DNA of 18,177 nucleotides from Marine Group I thaumarchaeote (GTDB lineage: Archaea > Thermoproteota > Nitrososphaeria > Nitrososphaerales > Nitrosopumilaceae), in the NCBI GenBank assembly GCA_044358425.1, contig CP054849.1, positions 806,673 to 824,849 of the forward strand, read 5' to 3'. The notes under the pieces were generated by a model. It was given only the letters and a program-made list of their open reading frames with translations, ran no database searches and was not told where the DNA came from. A program made the translations under genes and the position numbers. The number at the start of each line of letters is the position of its first letter. Position 1 is the stretch's first letter. Positions 14,625 to 18,177 of the stretch are shown piece by piece.

Positions 14625-15725
14625 TCAAGGATTATTTGTCAAAATCCTTTGTGAAATTTTTGAGGACAGAATGACACCGGCAATCCCCATCAAAATTGCA
14701 GGGACAATAGTATAAAGTAAAACATTTTGAATCAATTCAAAATAAACAAAATAAATTAGACTAGGAGATACCAACTTGCCTAACAAGATTTCGTTGTAAG
14801 TGTACATAATGTATGGATAATATACCATATAGAAAACAGAGCCTACTAAACCACCAACAAAAAACATACTGATTTTTGAACGATTTAGTTTCAGAAAAAT
14901 GTCAGCAATAACAAAAGGAATTAGATTTAATGAATAAAACAAGACGGTATCAAACATTGCAAAATTTGGAACAATTGCAGTAGAACTGTAAATCATTAAG
15001 AACAGCCCACCCAAAATACTTAGTATTCCAAATTGATAATGCGATAATCGAAAAATCAAAGTTAAAGAAAAAGAGATTAAAAGAGGATATGCCAAAGATG
15101 CAATAATAAATGCAATAGTAGGTTCTGGATTAAATTCAAAATAATCAGTGGTAGAAAAAGGTAGAGAGAGAGATGAAATGATTCCTGAGGCAGATAACCA
15201 AACAGGAATGACAGCTAAAATTAGTAAAAACTTTGAAATAGATTTTGAGTCATTAAATTTCAAATATCTTGAAATTCCAATTAATCCCCCTACACTACAC
15301 AAAAACATTCCCACAATCAAAGTAAAATGTGGTGGACTGAGTAATCCATCCAAACCAAAATATGAATGCCAAACAAAATCTAATGGACCAGCACCAGTCA
15401 ACAATCCTATTCCAATTAATTTAATTTTTAATGATAAAAAATATGAATCTCTAAACTGTTGTAAATTTCTCCAGCCAACAAAAGATAAGACAACTCCAAT
15501 TAATGAAATTGCAACACCAGTATACATTAATGCATGAGGAGGGGAGAAAAAAGTTTCAGGTTTACTAAGTAAGTGATTTGTAATATCCCAACTACCTCCG
15601 ACAGTAACTAAAAGAATTCCAAGACTAGTCAAAATACTTCCAAATAGAAATATTCCCTGTGAATAATGTTGTAGAAAATTTCCTGAAACCTTGGATTTTG
15701 AAATAGTCATATCACTACTAGTCAA
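14625..15725 (-). CDS. Polytopic membrane protein with two D-x3-H-x12-H putative metal sites
   Basis: About nine hydrophobic segments; WDITNHLLSKPETFFSPPH and LDFVWHSYFGLDGLLSPPH. Start is TTG 15725 or ATG 15710. Confidence 0.85.
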   Translation of the reverse strand: MTSSDMTISKSKVSGNFLQHYSQGIFLFGSILTSLGILLVTVGGSWDITNHLLSKPETFFSPPHALMYTGVAISLIGVVLSFVGWRNLQQFRDSYFLSLKIKLIGIGLLTGAGPLDFVWHSYFGLDGLLSPPHFTLIVGMFLCSVGGLIGISRYLKFNDSKSISKFLLILAVIPVWLSASGIISSLSLPFSTTDYFEFNPEPTIAFIIASLAYPLLISFSLTLIFRLSHYQFGILSILGGLFLMIYSSTAIVPNFAMFDTVLFYSLNLIPFVIADIFLKLNRSKISMFFVGGLVGSVFYMVYYPYIMYTYNEILLGKLVSPSLIYFVYFELIQNVLLYTIVPAILMGIAGVILSSKISQRILTNNP

Positions 15726-15735
15726 TCATAAAATA

Positions 15736-16317
15736 TTAGGGATTTACAGTTACCGAATATACCAAAACATGTTCATTTTGATGATCTAAAATACCAGAAG
15801 AAGGGTAATGAGAAACATCACTAGAATGAGGAATGCCTATAGATTTTACATATACATTGAAAACTCCAGAATTTTTTGGAGTTACAACAATATCAAAATG
15901 GGTTTCAACGTTGGGTTTCAATGGCCTACTCATTGCTTCAATTGAAGGATATTTGGCCAAAGTAGTATCTACACCCCCACTATAACTAGAACCAATTTCA
16001 TCATCTACATCAATGTAGGAAGGTGAAAGAGAAAAATCATATGTAGCAATTTTTACAACATCATCGATCTCAGTAAGTTCAGGAAACCCAACAGATACAA
16101 TATGAATATCTGCATAATCACCAATATTTTTTGAGACAATATCAAGACGGAATGAATCACCCAATGTGATTTCAGTTTCAGATAATATTGCTTCAAAAAT
16201 AGGTTGAGGAATTAATTGTTCAGTCATCAAAAATTCAGAAGGAAGTACAAACACAGTTAGTAGAAAATATACAAATAGTAAAACTAATCCTATAGAATAA
16301 ATTAGAATTTTCTTCAC
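15736..16317 (-). CDS. Membrane-anchored extracellular beta-rich hypothetical protein
   Basis: MKK plus hydrophobic N-terminal helix, acidic beta-strand-rich body and His-rich C-terminus; GTG start. Confidence 0.75.
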   Translation of the reverse strand: MKKILIYSIGLVLLFVYFLLTVFVLPSEFLMTEQLIPQPIFEAILSETEITLGDSFRLDIVSKNIGDYADIHIVSVGFPELTEIDDVVKIATYDFSLSPSYIDVDDEIGSSYSGGVDTTLAKYPSIEAMSRPLKPNVETHFDIVVTPKNSGVFNVYVKSIGIPHSSDVSHYPSSGILDHQNEHVLVYSVTVNP

Positions 16318-16470
16318 ATAACTTCAAATTCAGACACTATTAAAAAATGAAACAGGTTTAAACAAGTCAGTAAAATTAACGGTTAAAAATTAAATCTAAA
16401 ATGATTTCTTCAAAAAAGATTGTAAAGTGTACGGTTTTATTTGAAAAGAATAAAGAAAAAATGAACTGTA

Positions 16471-17589
16471 TTGGGAATTCCTGAAAAAATTAAAGCCATT
16501 CAAGATGAAATGGCAAAAACTCAGATTAACAAAGCTACAGAACACCACATAGGATTACTTAAAGCTAAAATTGCAAAATTAAAGAGAGAACAAGAAGCAG
16601 ATATCACCAAAAAATCAGGAATGAAGCAGGACGGTTTTGATGTCAGGCGTTCAGGAGATGCGACAGTAGTATTTATCGGATTACCAAGTGTTGGAAAATC
16701 AACATTACTAAATAAAATGACAGGAGCTAAATCTACTGTTGGAGCATTTCAATTCACCACATTAACAGTAGTTCCAGGAATGATGGAATACAGAGGTGCA
16801 AAAATTCAGGTTTTGGATCTTCCAGGAATCATCAAAGGTGCATCAACAGGAAAAGGATTAGGAAAAAGAATTTTATCAGTTGCAAGAACTGCAGATTTGG
16901 TATTATTAGTTTTAGATGTATTTCAGCCATATCACGAAGACGTACTAACAACTGAATTAGGAAATATAGGAATTAGATTAAATCAATTACCACCAAATAT
17001 TACAATAGAGAAAGCATCAATGGGAGGAATTGCAATTGCCCAACAAGCAAAATTAACAAAAATTACAGAAAAACACCTTAAAGATATTTTACATCTTTAT
17101 GGAATTGTGAGTGCAAGAGTTGTAGTACGTGAAGATTTAACATCAGAACAATTAGCAGATCATATTGCAGGTAACATTAGTTATTCTAAAGCTATCACAG
17201 TGCTGAATAAAATTGATTTAGTAGATAAAGAATTTCTAAAAGATTTGAAAACAAAAATTAAATCTGACGTGATAGAAGTTTCTGCAAACGCAGATTTGAA
17301 CATAGAAGAATTAAAAGAAAAAATTTATGAAAAATTAAAATTCATCAGAATATACATGCGTCCAAAAGGAGGAGAAACGGATTTCAAAGAACCATTTATT
17401 GCAAGAGAAGGAGACACGGTAGAAGATATTTGTAATAAACTCCACAGAAGATTAAGAAGAGAATTTAGATATGGATTAGTATGGGGAAAAAGTGTAAAGT
17501 TTGGAGGACAAAGAGTCGGATTAAATCACATAATGCAAGACGAGGATGTATTAACAATTATCAAAATTAAAGGTGTAAGTTCTCAATAA
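16471..17589 (+). CDS. DRG/OBG-family GTPase with C-terminal TGS domain
   Basis: INKATEHHIGLLKAKIAKL, GLPSVGKS (G1), FTT (G2), DLPG (G3), NKID (G4) and WGKSVKFGGQRVGL motifs. Confidence 0.95.
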   Translation: MGIPEKIKAIQDEMAKTQINKATEHHIGLLKAKIAKLKREQEADITKKSGMKQDGFDVRRSGDATVVFIGLPSVGKSTLLNKMTGAKSTVGAFQFTTLTVVPGMMEYRGAKIQVLDLPGIIKGASTGKGLGKRILSVARTADLVLLVLDVFQPYHEDVLTTELGNIGIRLNQLPPNITIEKASMGGIAIAQQAKLTKITEKHLKDILHLYGIVSARVVVREDLTSEQLADHIAGNISYSKAITVLNKIDLVDKEFLKDLKTKIKSDVIEVSANADLNIEELKEKIYEKLKFIRIYMRPKGGETDFKEPFIAREGDTVEDICNKLHRRLRREFRYGLVWGKSVKFGGQRVGLNHIMQDEDVLTIIKIKGVSSQ

Positions 17590-17653
17590 AAAATAAAATT
17601 AGATCAAATTAAATAAAAATAAATTACAAAAAACGAAAAAAATCAGAATAATA

Positions 17654-17857
17654 ATCAATTACATGCATAGTAATGATCAATTACATGCTCAAAAATTTCA
17701 AGAATAGACCAAAAATGAAAAAATAAATCAAATGAAAAAATAAACATAAAAAATATCGATCAGTAGTTTTTTCCAATGATCAAATTACTTCAATAATTGT
17801 AATCAAATTGTGTAAATTTTTTTAGTTTAACCACTGAAAAACAATGAAAATATCGAT
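17654..17857. repeat. Cluster of short direct repeats in an AT-rich intergenic region
   Basis: ATCAATTACATGC at 17654 and 17676; AAATGAAAAAATAAA at 17713 and 17730; AAAATATCGAT at 17750 and 17847. Confidence 0.7.
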
Positions 17858-17863
17858 TTTAGC

Positions 17864-18177
17864 ATGGCTACAAAAAGAAAAGCTGCAACTAAACGTAGAT
17901 CAACTACAAAAGCAGCTCCAAAGAGAAAAGCTACTAGAAAAACTGCAACTAAAAAAGCAGCTCCAAAGAGAAAAGCAGCAGCAAAACGCAAAGCAGCTCC
18001 AAAGAGAAAAGCAGCTCCAAAGAGAAAAGCAGCAGCAAAACGCAAAGCAGCTCCAAAGAGAAAAACTGCAGCAAAGAAAGCAGCTCCAAAGAGAAAAGCA
18101 GCAACTAGAAAAGCAGCTCCAAAGAGAAAAGCAGCAACTAGAAAAGCAGCTCCAAAGAGAAAAGCAGCAACTAGAAA
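17864..18177 (+). CDS. Histone H1-like Lys/Ala/Arg-rich repeat protein, 5' part (runs off the window)
   Basis: ATG 17864: MATKRKAATKRRSTTKAAPKRKATRK..., open to the window end with 8 copies of AAPKRK. Not in the ORF track, which shows only the antisense shadow. Confidence 0.85.
   Translation, partial: MATKRKAATKRRSTTKAAPKRKATRKTATKKAAPKRKAAAKRKAAPKRKAAPKRKAAAKRKAAPKRKTAAKKAAPKRKAATRKAAPKRKAATRKAAPKRKAATR

Noticed and set aside
936-15537. Track ORFs 936-1145, 4326-4553, 8691-9014, 10038-10280, 12453-12653, 13878-14147 and 15148-15537
   Set aside because: They lie antisense to, or overlap, well-supported genes and have no recognisable motifs; treated as shadow ORFs.
14625-15725. Calling this gene amoC
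   Set aside because: Only the metal-motif spacing matches; length, duplication and remaining sequence differ, and no amoA/amoB is nearby.
17827-18045. Minus-strand 72-aa AAFLFG repeat ORF
   Set aside because: Antisense shadow of the plus-strand Lys/Ala repeat gene starting at 17864.
17590-18177. CRISPR array or replication origin
   Set aside because: The repeats have no unique spacers and are either in-frame coding or short; no cas or cdc6/orc1 gene and no ORB G-string is visible in the window.

Overview
AT-rich archaeal chromosomal window, most consistent with a marine ammonia-oxidising archaeon of the Nitrosopumilaceae (inferred from gene content and protein style, not from a marker gene). 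Housekeeping genes form the flanks. Left: nnrD (partial) and trmI. Right: argS, a HAD phosphatase, a DRG GTPase and a truncated histone-H1-like Lys/Ala repeat protein. Between them (~1.3-12 kb) is an accessory region. Its core is a candidate light/UV-sensing module: a class I CPD photolyase between two standalone DICT-domain paralogues, a divergent tandem pair of DUF6659-like sensor-fold genes, a cobalamin-binding protein with a degenerate CarH-type motif, a MEDS-domain protein and a winged-helix regulator. An identical 9-mer, TTGGCACTA, sits 49-51 nt before three of these start codons and 20-22 nt before their TATA-like boxes, suggesting a shared regulon. Other points of note: a membrane protein with two AmoC/PmoC-type D-x3-H-x12-H motifs, an apparently inactive Mrr-type nuclease fused to an MCM-like winged helix, and six small ORFs (23-51 aa) missing from the ORF track. 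All family calls come from motif recognition by eye; no searches were run.
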